A DNA stretch of 64,000 nt, from sequence record PX969468.1; one strand, given 5' to 3'. The notes under the pieces were generated by a model, which worked only from the letters and a program-made list of their open reading frames with translations, made no database searches and was not told the DNA's origin. The position numbers were made by a program, and so were the translations under genes. Source of the DNA: a phage. This document shows positions 31,410 to 41,004 of this stretch, in pieces (position 1 is the stretch's first letter; every line of letters begins with the position of its first letter).

Positions 31410-31883
31410 TCATGGCTCTTTCTCCGGTTCAGGATCTGGGTAATCTTCAATAATAAAGGGCCATCCGTTCCGCTTAGCCTCAGACTTGTACTCAATCTCC
31501 TTCATTGCAAACTCTAACTGATTTTTAGCCGGAATACATGCCGGAGAATCATCCACCCAGATGTCAGGGTAGATATCGAACTGCGCCAGGTAGGCTGCCT
31601 TCTGCACACCGCCTGTATAGAACACACCTACGTCCAACTCTTTGCGCCAATACTCAATGTCCACGTTGTCTTGAGTGATGAATCGGAAAGTCACAAGGTA
31701 TACTGTCCACCCTTCCTTTTTCAAGTCCCTAATCAGACGGGAGAAGATGAAAGGACTCGCATTAAATGTTCCATCAAAGTCAATGGCAATGATGTGTGTG
31801 CCGTGGCGAGTCTCGTATGGATTGCTTGTGGTAAGATTACTGTAGTTAAAAGGAACTTCTTCCCCGCAGTAGCTGTAGTCCAT
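31410..31883 (-). CDS. HAD-superfamily phosphatase-like protein (candidate nucleotidase)
   Basis: HAD motif I IAIDFDGT, motif II-like LVTF, C-terminal WVDDSP; ATG at 31883 preferred over GTG at 31889. Confidence 0.5.
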   Translation of the reverse strand: MDYSYCGEEVPFNYSNLTTSNPYETRHGTHIIAIDFDGTFNASPFIFSRLIRDLKKEGWTVYLVTFRFITQDNVDIEYWRKELDVGVFYTGGVQKAAYLAQFDIYPDIWVDDSPACIPAKNQLEFAMKEIEYKSEAKRNGWPFIIEDYPDPEPEKEP

Positions 31884-31885
31884 AT

Positions 31886-32161
31886 TCACACCTTCTCGTT
31901 GATAAATTTACGGGCGGTTTGGTGAGTTGTTTCTGCTGTCTTCAGAATGATATTAATTTTATTGTCAAGATCATTCATCTCTGCAGTTAATTCAGGAATC
32001 TCTCCAGCATGCATAGTGAAATCATACATAGACATGCCCAGAATCTCATTGATGCGACGGTTGCATTCTGCAGCACGCTGGTTCATTTTCCAAGCTAATA
32101 CCAAAGCCTCCTGCGTAGCCTCTAGTGCAAAGTCTAATACGTCGGCCTCTTCTTTCGTCAT
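31886..32161 (-). CDS. hypothetical protein
   Basis: 91-aa ORF, helical/charged. Confidence 0.35.
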   Translation of the reverse strand: MTKEEADVLDFALEATQEALVLAWKMNQRAAECNRRINEILGMSMYDFTMHAGEIPELTAEMNDLDNKINIILKTAETTHQTARKFINEKV

Positions 32162-32216
32162 CTCAGTCTCTCCTGTTGTATTGTTGGTAGGTGCATGAAC
32201 ACCTTATATCTCACTT

Positions 32217-32783
32217 TTATTCAAACTGCAATAGCAAGTCCACCACCGCACTAGGCCTGTCAACAAATTCCCCAGGTCCACATGCCCATAGAGGGTATCC
32301 ATCAACATACCGCCATATCCAACCTGCAGTGTGAAGCTCAAGCAGGGCAGTGCCGTCCTTACTGTCAACCACCCTTTCCCACAGTGTTGGGCAGCGAAGC
32401 TTGAGAATCGGATCACCCCCCTTATACCCGTCCATGTAGATGCCCATTGCAAAGTTCAGCATCATCTTTTTGTGCACTGATCTCTTACTGAGAGTGCTCA
32501 TCACTTCCTCTTTGTGAATGTTTGTAAGCTTCTCTTTGGCTACCCGCAGATCGTTGCAACCATTGTTCAGCAGATCTTCCAGACACTTGATCCGAAGGTC
32601 GTGAATGTCTTTGTCGTGTACCGTTGGCACAGGGTCGTAGCGGTATAGCACTGTTGATACAAGGTTGCTCGGGTGTGGGTCTGACAGCAACCCATAACCC
32701 CAATACTCTTCTGTATCTGAAAGGACAATACACCCAATGTCTCTGTCAAGCTTTCCTGTGTTGTAAGCCACATTGACCGCCAT
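32217..32783 (-). CDS. hypothetical protein
   Basis: 188-aa ORF in leftward early block. Confidence 0.4.
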   Translation of the reverse strand: MAVNVAYNTGKLDRDIGCIVLSDTEEYWGYGLLSDPHPSNLVSTVLYRYDPVPTVHDKDIHDLRIKCLEDLLNNGCNDLRVAKEKLTNIHKEEVMSTLSKRSVHKKMMLNFAMGIYMDGYKGGDPILKLRCPTLWERVVDSKDGTALLELHTAGWIWRYVDGYPLWACGPGEFVDRPSAVVDLLLQFE

Positions 32784-32785
32784 GA

Positions 32786-33031
32786 CTATAGCTCCACTAA
32801 CAAAGTGCTTTCAAAGTGCCGTTCATGCAGACCGTTGTAAGGGACCACTTCTACAACGCCATCACGGACATATGGGGCCATCATAGTAGTATAATCTCCA
32901 AACGGGTTGGTATTGTCACTAACCACAACCACCTTCTGCCCTTCCTTGGCAGAGTGCCAGATAGACCTGCACTTCATCAGGTGTTCGAGAGTTCCTGGTA
33001 AAATTTTGTTACGTTCTTTACGGGTCTTCAT
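32786..33031 (-). CDS. hypothetical protein
   Basis: 81-aa ORF tightly packed with neighbours. Confidence 0.35.
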   Translation of the reverse strand: MKTRKERNKILPGTLEHLMKCRSIWHSAKEGQKVVVVSDNTNPFGDYTTMMAPYVRDGVVEVVPYNGLHERHFESTLLVEL

Positions 33032-33477
33032 AACAGGTATAGCTCCTTATGAAAGTAGTCTTTTAATTTCTCACTGAGAAACTTCTTGATACCTTCCTCT
33101 AAAGTGTTTTCGATGTAGTCCAGCTTAACTGCTTCGATGGACATATCATAGATCGCCAGCTCTAAGCTGTCAAGTCCCATCATAGCATGAACCATAAGAT
33201 TTTCATCTTCAGATACATTCAGGGGACTTCCTATAACATCTGTAGGGAGGATAGTTTCCCAATTATTCTGGGGGGTAGTTCTCCCGCCATCCACTTTACG
33301 GCGCAGTTCGAAGGTGTTCTTAGTGTAGAACACTTCATAAGAAACGATACGACTATCGCTCTCATAATAAACGAAGTTCAGGTAGGAGCCTAGCCGCAGT
33401 CGGCAAACTTCTACCCCAAACCATTGTTTCTTATAAGAATTCAGGCTAATGCTGTCGCATTCACGTTTGCTCAACAC
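33028..33477 (-). CDS. hypothetical protein
   Basis: 149-aa ORF, 4-nt overlap with downstream gene. Confidence 0.35.
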   Translation of the reverse strand: MLSKRECDSISLNSYKKQWFGVEVCRLRLGSYLNFVYYESDSRIVSYEVFYTKNTFELRRKVDGGRTTPQNNWETILPTDVIGSPLNVSEDENLMVHAMMGLDSLELAIYDMSIEAVKLDYIENTLEEGIKKFLSEKLKDYFHKELYLL

Positions 33478-33492
33478 GGCTCTCTCCTTTTG

Positions 33493-33726
33493 TTAATCTT
33501 CGTAAATCAGGATTTCTGCTTTAGGTTTTCGTGCTTTCAGGTCCAGCTCTATCCAGTGCACCATAGCTGTTTCAAGAAAAACAGCTTGGATGCATCCGTC
33601 CTCAGCGTGCCCCACCAACATAACAAGATCTTCACCTTCGTCATCTGCATCACGAACATACAGAATCTCTCCAGATTCAAAGTCTTTCACAACCTGATTG
33701 CTGGATAATTTACGAATTTTTGCCAT
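33493..33726 (-). CDS. hypothetical protein
   Basis: 77-aa ORF. Confidence 0.35.
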   Translation of the reverse strand: MAKIRKLSSNQVVKDFESGEILYVRDADDEGEDLVMLVGHAEDGCIQAVFLETAMVHWIELDLKARKPKAEILIYED

Positions 33727-33727
33727 A

Positions 33728-33991
33728 TCAGAAACCCTCTAAAAAGCTCTTGTAGAAAATAATTTCAGTGTCCACACCTGTCACGATCTTATCGTTTCGG
33801 ATCTCATCTGTGAGGTAGGTGTCAAAACGCAGAACCTGTGTGGTGTTGTCACACATCCACTCAGCTGTGACCATTGCGAAAATCTTAGCATCTTCATTAT
33901 CTGGTGTGAATGTTACCACCTCACCGCACTTAAACTTTTCGATAGGTTGAGTGTTGGCTTTCGGTTCTGCGATAGTGATTTTTGTGGTCAT
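33728..33991 (-). CDS. hypothetical protein
   Basis: 87-aa ORF. Confidence 0.35.
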   Translation of the reverse strand: MTTKITIAEPKANTQPIEKFKCGEVVTFTPDNEDAKIFAMVTAEWMCDNTTQVLRFDTYLTDEIRNDKIVTGVDTEIIFYKSFLEGF

Positions 33992-34257
33992 TACTCTTCC
34001 TCCATAGTTTCACCAAATACTTCGATACGAGCATCGAGCTCGGTTGCTTTCAGCTCCCCAACAAAATCTTTTAGTTCTTTCTCGTCCAGATCGTAAGCCC
34101 ACACACAAGAAGAACATGCAGATTTCACAATCAGCAGCGTAGATATACGGCCTGACTCCGTGATCATGCTCACAATGGTTCCTACAGGGAACGTGTTGAT
34201 AGCTTTTTTAACTGGGCGTTCAGCTTTGATTACTACCTCTGTTGCCATAAATAACAT
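33991..34257 (-). CDS. hypothetical protein
   Basis: 88-aa ORF. Confidence 0.35.
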   Translation of the reverse strand: MLFMATEVVIKAERPVKKAINTFPVGTIVSMITESGRISTLLIVKSACSSCVWAYDLDEKELKDFVGELKATELDARIEVFGETMEEE

Positions 34258-34263
34258 CCTCTC

Positions 34264-35757
34264 TTACTTAGCGTACTCGATTAATTCCACAGTTTTCCCA
34301 AAGCTCGGAATATAATTTTTATTATACCCTTCGGTGAGAACCCATAGAGTATCGTACTTTTTCCACTTGTTGTCAACAGCCTTTTGTTCAAAGTTATGCT
34401 CAAAGTATAGGTCGGTCAGGACGATGACATCTTTTGCATTCGGTATGTTAGCATCCAGATACTCGAACACGCAAGCAGCTGTTGTGCCCCATGTTGAGTG
34501 GACCTCATAGTTGATCATCTCGTCTATGTTGCCGCGAGTGTATACTTTAACCTCTCCAACCTCAGTTGACCAACAGAACATTGTAACCTTAAACTCTTTA
34601 TACAGATTGCACAATCCTGTGATTTCATTGAACATTTTCTTTAAAGTTCTTTGAGAGATCGAGCCAGAAACGTCCAAAGCCACCACAATATCTATAGTGT
34701 TTTCCGGATTACGACCAGGAACAATAACGTGTTGGTTCTTGTTTATAGCTCCGACTTTTCGCATTGTGCTGGTCAAAGACCCAGATCGGCGACCAGGTTT
34801 TCTGTAGGTCAGTTCGGCCTTTCTTTTAGACAACATACGCTGCTTGATGATGTCTATATAATTGATTACAGGCTTACCTCTATTCTTGACAAACTCACGA
34901 ACCGCCTCAGGGCAACGACCTCCGGAAGCTTGCATTGCTGCCTCAAGCATGTCACCAGAGTCCTGCATGGCCTGATCTTTATCAGATTGGCTGATTACAG
35001 GTTGTGGCTGATCATACCCCATCGCCTTTCCAAGATCATCACTAGTGCCACCGTTACCACTCATGTGATCGTCGGTTTGTCGTTTATCTCCTTGAGAGTT
35101 CTCGCCTTTACCGTTCTTACTTTTACCGCTATTCTGATCTCTTTGCTTATCAAGAACCGCATAGACGTTCTCAGCAATCCATCCATGGAACCTCATGTCA
35201 CAGTAGCAACTAGCTAAGAAGCCAAAAGACTTACCTTTTACAAACGTAGTGCTTTTCCCCTTCGGGAAGAAAACACAAGGGGGCTTGCTAAAGTCAACCA
35301 CAAGACCTGTGTTGATAACATGATCACAGGCAATATTGAACAGCTCCGGCTCAAAACTTTTGCCACGGACCAGATGATCACAGATAATATGCCCCACCTC
35401 ATGCGATAGAAGAAATGCCACCTCTTTCACAGATTTTGGGGAATAGAAAACCTCAGCCATCTCAAACTGCTTGTCAGTCAAAGATGCTTTAAGAATGGTT
35501 TTGCGCTCATCCGCCAATCCCATAATGAACTCAGGGCTGTAATAAATGCGTTTATGGTCTGTTGCCATGGTGGAGCACCATGTGTGGTTTTCTACGAACT
35601 GCAACCCTGACAACAGTGTGCCATAAAACGGCAGTTTTTCAAGAAGATACATACGTGCTGCCTGCAGCATTCGCAAGGCGTCATCTTTTTGTGCGGCAAT
35701 GATTTCTGAACTTCTGCTATCCATTAAAACTCCAGAAGGGGCCTTGGCCCCTGTCAT
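34264..35757 (-). CDS. VWA-domain protein with N-terminal putative zinc-metallopeptidase domain (DUF2201-like; MoxR-partner type)
   Basis: HExxH motif (LSHEVGHIICDH); VWA MIDAS motif (IVVALDVSGSIS) and later VIVLTD; TAATG coupling to upstream gene. Confidence 0.65.
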   Translation of the reverse strand: MTGAKAPSGVLMDSRSSEIIAAQKDDALRMLQAARMYLLEKLPFYGTLLSGLQFVENHTWCSTMATDHKRIYYSPEFIMGLADERKTILKASLTDKQFEMAEVFYSPKSVKEVAFLLSHEVGHIICDHLVRGKSFEPELFNIACDHVINTGLVVDFSKPPCVFFPKGKSTTFVKGKSFGFLASCYCDMRFHGWIAENVYAVLDKQRDQNSGKSKNGKGENSQGDKRQTDDHMSGNGGTSDDLGKAMGYDQPQPVISQSDKDQAMQDSGDMLEAAMQASGGRCPEAVREFVKNRGKPVINYIDIIKQRMLSKRKAELTYRKPGRRSGSLTSTMRKVGAINKNQHVIVPGRNPENTIDIVVALDVSGSISQRTLKKMFNEITGLCNLYKEFKVTMFCWSTEVGEVKVYTRGNIDEMINYEVHSTWGTTAACVFEYLDANIPNAKDVIVLTDLYFEHNFEQKAVDNKWKKYDTLWVLTEGYNKNYIPSFGKTVELIEYAK

Positions 35758-36809
35758 TATTTAACGTGCTTGAAAATACCAGCCAACTCGGTCATTGTCA
35801 TGCGGGTGGTCTTCATAAGGTCTGTCATAGCCTTCTCCATAATTGGAGATACTACCATAAAGTTACCTTTGGTGAAACCTTTATTCCAATCGGTCACTAA
35901 TAGTGGTTTAAGTCCGGTCCCGAGACGCTCACCAGTTAAAGCACAACATTTTCGAATATACGTGCTCTTAAACTGACTGAATGACAGATCAACTTTCATA
36001 CCTGCATCGTAGAACGTCTGGCAATAGAAAGTGTAAGCTTTGGCAATCTCAACATCGTCAGGCAGTGCAGGAACCTCTTCTGTAAGCTCTTCTTCGGCCT
36101 CTTGAGGCTCTTTTTCCTCTTCGTGATCCTGTTGCATCATTTCTTCAATCTCTTCTGTTACAGGCTCATTTACGATGTCAGAAATGTGCTTGTTGGCTCC
36201 ACGATTAGCCATGAAGTTTTTAAAATCCTGCATTGGTGACATATCTTCCTCCCATTCTTCGTCAAAGAGTGCTAGTTTATCCTCTTCCGTTCCATATTGC
36301 AAGATGAAATCTTCAAAAGTGTAATCACCTTTCAATTTCTCCATACGCTCTTCGCTCAGGTGGAGCATCATCTGCTGGACAATTTTTCGATCAGTTTTGT
36401 CTTTAATCAAGACTGCGGTCTTTTTATCTACCAGACAGTCCTTTAGAGAGTTGCATCTCAATCCCACCACACAACAATTATCAACAGCATAAGGACCTTC
36501 ATCATCTATCCGCTCTAGGGAGGGGTAGAAAGGATTTCCCAGTCCGTTTTCATCTGTGTGCATGTCGAAAGGTATAAGGGTATAGTCGCACACCCCCTCT
36601 CCTAAAAGTTTTTTACCAAATAGGAGGTATTCTTCCCATGACAGGTTGAACTCTATATCTCGTTTCCGTGCATTATTTTGTTTGCGTCTGTATTTTTTGA
36701 GCAAGCGCTCTAACTCTTCTGGTGTATAATATTTTTCAAGATTCATGAGTTGTCTCTCGTGCTCTGTAAGTGAAGAAATCTTATCAATTGTCTCAACAGA
36801 TGTCAACAT
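35757..36809 (-). CDS. acidic hypothetical protein with two copies of an HNH_3-like motif (Arg in place of first His)
   Basis: PSLERIDDEGPYAVDNCCVVGLRCNSLK and PLLVTDWNKGFTKGNFMVV; long Glu-rich linker; first gene of leftward block. Confidence 0.4.
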   Translation of the reverse strand: MLTSVETIDKISSLTEHERQLMNLEKYYTPEELERLLKKYRRKQNNARKRDIEFNLSWEEYLLFGKKLLGEGVCDYTLIPFDMHTDENGLGNPFYPSLERIDDEGPYAVDNCCVVGLRCNSLKDCLVDKKTAVLIKDKTDRKIVQQMMLHLSEERMEKLKGDYTFEDFILQYGTEEDKLALFDEEWEEDMSPMQDFKNFMANRGANKHISDIVNEPVTEEIEEMMQQDHEEEKEPQEAEEELTEEVPALPDDVEIAKAYTFYCQTFYDAGMKVDLSFSQFKSTYIRKCCALTGERLGTGLKPLLVTDWNKGFTKGNFMVVSPIMEKAMTDLMKTTRMTMTELAGIFKHVK

Positions 36810-36819
36810 CAAAAACGTG

Positions 36820-36848
36820 TTGACTTTACTCTAAATCTCCGATATAGT
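36820..36848 (+). promoter_or_regulatory. sigma70-like promoter TTGACT-N17-TATAGT driving rightward early block
   Basis: ttgact 36820-36825, tatagt 36843-36848, in divergent intergenic region. Confidence 0.5.
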
Positions 36849-36888
36849 GCACCCATTCGAAAGAAAACTAACATAGGAGCACTCACTC

Positions 36889-37788
36889 ATGGCAAATCTT
36901 AACAGTTTTAGTACGCGGTGGAAACAGGACATAACAACCAATCTTTCAGCTGGGGACATCCTTTCTGCAATTTACGAGGCTTTAGATGATAAAGCTACTT
37001 CAAAAGCGGTTTGTACCAACCCACTAATTCCTATAGTGATGAAGGTGATTGAGCGTAGATTGGTATCGGGGTCTGATAAGTGGACATATTTAGATAATGA
37101 AGGACACACCTATTCCAACGGGTATGTCGATATAAAAGTAGAATACGCGGTATCATACCGCCGGAGCGGTTCTGTGACTTTCAACTTTTCTGGAGGTTTT
37201 CGATCTCTGGCAACTTCACCTTTTGTTTCCTCAGAAGAGAAGTTTGAACTTCCGTTCCTTTGGATGATGGCTAACGCGACAGGAAAAACCCCCGTGAGCA
37301 TTCGCGTAAAATACAACTACAACGGGTCCAGTAAGATCTATGCCGAGAGTATCTCAGCAAGTTTTTATTTTGTGATGGGGGATGGAATCCTCAAGCACAT
37401 AAAGATGTGCGATATGCATGATGTTATAAATGAAGTGACTGATAAGAATGTTTTAGTGAAGGACCTCAACAATTTCTATACACCTGGGGACTATTACGTC
37501 AACCGCCCACTGTGCATCTTTAATGCCGCACACCCTTTAGGTGAATACCTGATCGTTAATAGTGACATTGCTAACAACATTTTTGAACTGGCAAGAGTAC
37601 AAAATGAGGTATTGACATCCTGCAAAAGTGGTGATAAATTTACTGATGAAGAGATGGGTGTTTTAGAAATGATGGGGTATAAATGCAGTCTTTGGGTAGA
37701 TGAGGTGTTTAATGACTACATCTACGGACAGGATATTTACCCGTTAAAGAAGTATACTGATACAAGTTTAATTTATGCGGGGATTTGA
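36889..37788 (+). CDS. hypothetical protein
   Basis: 299-aa ORF, first gene of rightward block. Confidence 0.45.
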   Translation: MANLNSFSTRWKQDITTNLSAGDILSAIYEALDDKATSKAVCTNPLIPIVMKVIERRLVSGSDKWTYLDNEGHTYSNGYVDIKVEYAVSYRRSGSVTFNFSGGFRSLATSPFVSSEEKFELPFLWMMANATGKTPVSIRVKYNYNGSSKIYAESISASFYFVMGDGILKHIKMCDMHDVINEVTDKNVLVKDLNNFYTPGDYYVNRPLCIFNAAHPLGEYLIVNSDIANNIFELARVQNEVLTSCKSGDKFTDEEMGVLEMMGYKCSLWVDEVFNDYIYGQDIYPLKKYTDTSLIYAGI

Positions 37789-38063
37789 CTATGATGAAGG
37801 CATGTGGTAATGTATATTACGTCGGTGAGCATGTTCAGGCAGACAGTGTGTGGAAATCTATTAAGTCCACCACTGACGATGCCTTTCTGAGTGGACTATG
37901 TTTCCCCAATCCGGGAGACATCCTCCCTCACCCTGGAGATTTTGTTATCAACAAGATGGACGGTTATACCGTGTGCCTGATGGTTGAGAAAATCTTTTTA
38001 GACACTAGGCACAATCACCGTCTTGTGTTAAAATTTCAAGAATGTAAAATGACAATTGCCTAA
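37785..38063 (+). CDS. hypothetical protein
   Basis: 92-aa ORF, ATGA overlap. Confidence 0.35.
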   Translation: MTMMKACGNVYYVGEHVQADSVWKSIKSTTDDAFLSGLCFPNPGDILPHPGDFVINKMDGYTVCLMVEKIFLDTRHNHRLVLKFQECKMTIA

Positions 38064-38076
38064 GGAGGCCTTACCT

Positions 38077-38433
38077 ATGTCTAAAGTTACTTATCGTGCA
38101 GCTATTTACTGCAATGAACACCCAATCAATAATGATGGTCACTGCCTTTTTAAAGAAAATCAGTTGGGCTGTATTGTCCTACCTGATGAAGGGGAAGGTT
38201 ATCTGATTGCATTGACAGGGTTTGAGCCTGAAGCTCTGGAAGCCAATCTGGACTACCTGGTAGAAGAGGGTGCTGCAGACCTGGTTGCTAATGGCCTCTC
38301 CGTAAGCCTTGACGAAGTGGAGCGCTTCATGGGCAATTACCGTGTAGTGCGGGAGTTTACTATCGATGTGGAAACTCCAGAGTGGGGTAGCACTGAAACT
38401 AATGCCGAAGAAAAAGAAGAGGAGGTAGAATAA
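38077..38433 (+). CDS. hypothetical acidic protein
   Basis: ATG at 38077 follows AAGGAGG; ORF track start 38056. Confidence 0.35.
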   Translation: MSKVTYRAAIYCNEHPINNDGHCLFKENQLGCIVLPDEGEGYLIALTGFEPEALEANLDYLVEEGAADLVANGLSVSLDEVERFMGNYRVVREFTIDVETPEWGSTETNAEEKEEEVE

Positions 38434-38690
38434 TGAAAGTACAGATCTTGACTAATGCCGAGAAGATGTTTATTGAAGATACACCTTTTGAAGCTGGTGA
38501 GCTACAGTTTGTTTATTTTGTTGACTTAGATAAGGTGTTTCCTGCACTGAATCTGGGTCTGGATGAAGTTCCTCATAAGGTTTTGTGCCAAGTTGTTCGT
38601 GCCTTAGCGGCAGAGGGGGAGTTCCGCACCCTTCAAGATGTCCAGACCTACGGGTATCTTGAACTACAACGAGAAGAAGAGGTGGACTGA
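38433..38690 (+). CDS. hypothetical acidic protein
   Basis: 85-aa ORF, ATGA overlap. Confidence 0.35.
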   Translation: MKVQILTNAEKMFIEDTPFEAGELQFVYFVDLDKVFPALNLGLDEVPHKVLCQVVRALAAEGEFRTLQDVQTYGYLELQREEEVD

Positions 38691-38692
38691 TA

Positions 38693-39073
38693 ATGGCACG
38701 GTGGAAGACAACAGTTGACCTTCATGATCAGTGGTTAGGACGCATCACTGAAGACGGGAAACTAGTGGAGTGGGACAATAAGCATGTTAGCGAGTTGGCA
38801 AGCATTGTGGCTGGCAAGTTACGCTCCAAGTTCCCTGAACAACTGGATCCTGATAATTCAAAGTTCGATCCTGAGTTGGAGGATGTTGTATACTACTTCG
38901 ATACCGTGGATGACTACGATGCGTGGTTTGCAGCACGAGAGCTTTACCCACAAGGCTCTGCTATGCGCCAGATGGAAGAAGATTATCCTCCGTGCGAGCA
39001 ATTTAATAGCGCAATGACTTGCCTCTACGATTGGGCAGATAAGAACCTTGTCTGGATTCGGACTGCATTCTAG
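38693..39073 (+). CDS. hypothetical protein
   Basis: 126-aa ORF. Confidence 0.4.
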   Translation: MARWKTTVDLHDQWLGRITEDGKLVEWDNKHVSELASIVAGKLRSKFPEQLDPDNSKFDPELEDVVYYFDTVDDYDAWFAARELYPQGSAMRQMEEDYPPCEQFNSAMTCLYDWADKNLVWIRTAF

Positions 39074-39079
39074 CAGGTA

Positions 39080-39382
39080 GTGGCAAGGATGCCACTTAAA
39101 AGAGTAATAAACATGTTATACCAGAAACACGAACTTTGTGCAGAAAAAGAGTTAAATTTTGACAAAGTTATCCACAGATATTGTTATGGAAAAACCGGAA
39201 GACAACTAAGAAGATGCACTCCAGCATTCTTTCACCCCAGCAGGCGGCTAAGTCCTGAAGAGGCGACAGCAGAAAGGGTTGCATACAACTGGGAAGTTGT
39301 GTACGATATTGACAGATCCGATGTGACATCTGTTTTGGAAAACTTTGAAAACACTTACACACAAGTAGAGGATTTTTACTAA
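39080..39382 (+). CDS. hypothetical protein
   Basis: 100-aa ORF. Confidence 0.3.
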   Translation: MARMPLKRVINMLYQKHELCAEKELNFDKVIHRYCYGKTGRQLRRCTPAFFHPSRRLSPEEATAERVAYNWEVVYDIDRSDVTSVLENFENTYTQVEDFY

Positions 39383-40566
39383 TGTCAAGAAACGTATTTG
39401 AAAGTGGTCAAATCACTGTCCGTGAGTTGCCAGCTATCATTCAGTTTGCCCAGCGTCATAACCGATCTGTCCTGATTTTAGGACCAATGGGTGTGGGAAA
39501 GAGTCAGGTGATGAAGCAGATCGCTGATAATATGTTCGGTGAGCGAGATGACAACCTGGTTGACGTGCGGCTGTCAGATAAAGATCCTGCCGACTTATCT
39601 GGGCTACCTATCCCTGTAGAAGCTGATGGAACTACACGTACAGTGTTTGCAATTCCAGAATTTTGGCCTGCAGATCCGAACTGGAGCGGAATTATCTTTC
39701 TGGATGAGCTTACTCATGCAGATAACTATCTGCAAAAGGTTGCAATGCAGATTATGCTCGACCACAAGTGCGGCACCTATGCATTCCCTAAAGGCTCTGT
39801 TTTTGTGGCTGCGGGTAACCGTTCTACAGATGGTGCTGTTCTTTCGGCGCTCGAAGCTCCTCTGGCTAACCGCTTTATCATTGTAGAGGTTACAAGCAAT
39901 GCAGAGGTGTTTATTGAGGACTACGCATTCCTCAACGGGGTTCACTCCTCTGTAATTGGGTATCTGAAAAGAGTTCCATCAGCTATTGATAATTATGAGG
40001 CTATGGCTGAGATTAATTGTCCATCTTTTGCCACACCACGATCTTGGGTTGCTGCATCTGACATCTTGCACGATTTTGACAGCGGTATTATTTCTGACGC
40101 TATGGCCCGTGTTCTTCTGCAAGGTGCTATTGGTCACACTGCAGCGGTAGAGATCTGGACCTACCACACCAAGAAACGCAACTTACCGGAAATCGGTCGG
40201 ATTATGGCAGGGGGTTGCAAAGAATACGTAGGTCCTAAACAGCCAGACATCTTGTGGATTCTTGGATCTGAAGGTTGTATCGCTATTCGTAATATGATGG
40301 AAAATGCAAGTATCTCCGACGAAGATCTTGTTAGCTGTGTGGCAAACTTCCTCGATTTCCTTTGGGAAAACTTCAAGGACGAGAACCGAGATTTTGTATT
40401 CTCAGTCTTTATGGCGATGATGAAACCTAATGCCTTAGGAAATGCCTTGCTTATCGGTAAAGGTCGTGACAAGATTGTTGCTCAGCTGATCAAAGCATAC
40501 CCAAACCTGATGAAGATTGTAAAAGAGTTTGGTGAAGAGTTTAGCGCCATTTTGGCTAAAGCTTAA
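39382..40566 (+). CDS. AAA+ ATPase, MoxR/RavA-like
   Basis: Walker A LILGPMGVGKSQ, Walker B IIFLDELTHA; size and layout of MoxR-class ATPases; VWA partner at 34264..35757. Confidence 0.7.
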   Translation: MSRNVFESGQITVRELPAIIQFAQRHNRSVLILGPMGVGKSQVMKQIADNMFGERDDNLVDVRLSDKDPADLSGLPIPVEADGTTRTVFAIPEFWPADPNWSGIIFLDELTHADNYLQKVAMQIMLDHKCGTYAFPKGSVFVAAGNRSTDGAVLSALEAPLANRFIIVEVTSNAEVFIEDYAFLNGVHSSVIGYLKRVPSAIDNYEAMAEINCPSFATPRSWVAASDILHDFDSGIISDAMARVLLQGAIGHTAAVEIWTYHTKKRNLPEIGRIMAGGCKEYVGPKQPDILWILGSEGCIAIRNMMENASISDEDLVSCVANFLDFLWENFKDENRDFVFSVFMAMMKPNALGNALLIGKGRDKIVAQLIKAYPNLMKIVKEFGEEFSAILAKA

Positions 40567-40575
40567 GGAGGTTGT

Positions 40576-40956
40576 ATGGCTAAAGTAGGTAAGCGGGGAA
40601 ACTACCTGGTGGTATTGACCGAGGAGCCGGAGAAGGAGTACGAATGCAGCTCCACTTGCGTGATCGATATCCGAGAAAAAGATGTAGATGAAATCTGGTT
40701 TAAAATATTGGACGCTTGCGATAGCAGTGATTATTTCTTCATCTATGTCAACGATAAGGCTGGGTTCTTCCATGACGACGGAGAGTTGCCGTATGAAATC
40801 TATGAACTTGTAGAGGCTTGCCATCGTGGAGATGCGGAGTTGTTTGGCCTACGGCTGAAAAGCGGTAAATTCTTCTATCAAGATGAGTGCATGAATCTTC
40901 ATAACTTTGTAGAGGGAACTTGCAACGATGGAGAGATTTTGGCACACTACGATTAA
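40576..40956 (+). CDS. hypothetical protein
   Basis: 126-aa ORF with RBS (aaggagg). Confidence 0.4.
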   Translation: MAKVGKRGNYLVVLTEEPEKEYECSSTCVIDIREKDVDEIWFKILDACDSSDYFFIYVNDKAGFFHDDGELPYEIYELVEACHRGDAELFGLRLKSGKFFYQDECMNLHNFVEGTCNDGEILAHYD

Positions 40957-40968
40957 TTTCTAATACCA

Positions 40969-40994
40969 CCCCGCTTCGGCGGGGATTTTCTATT
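40969..40994 (+). terminator. rho-independent terminator (UUCG tetraloop)
   Basis: ccccgc-ttcg-gcgggg then attttctattt. Confidence 0.65.
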
Positions 40995-41004
40995 TGGAGT
41001 TATT

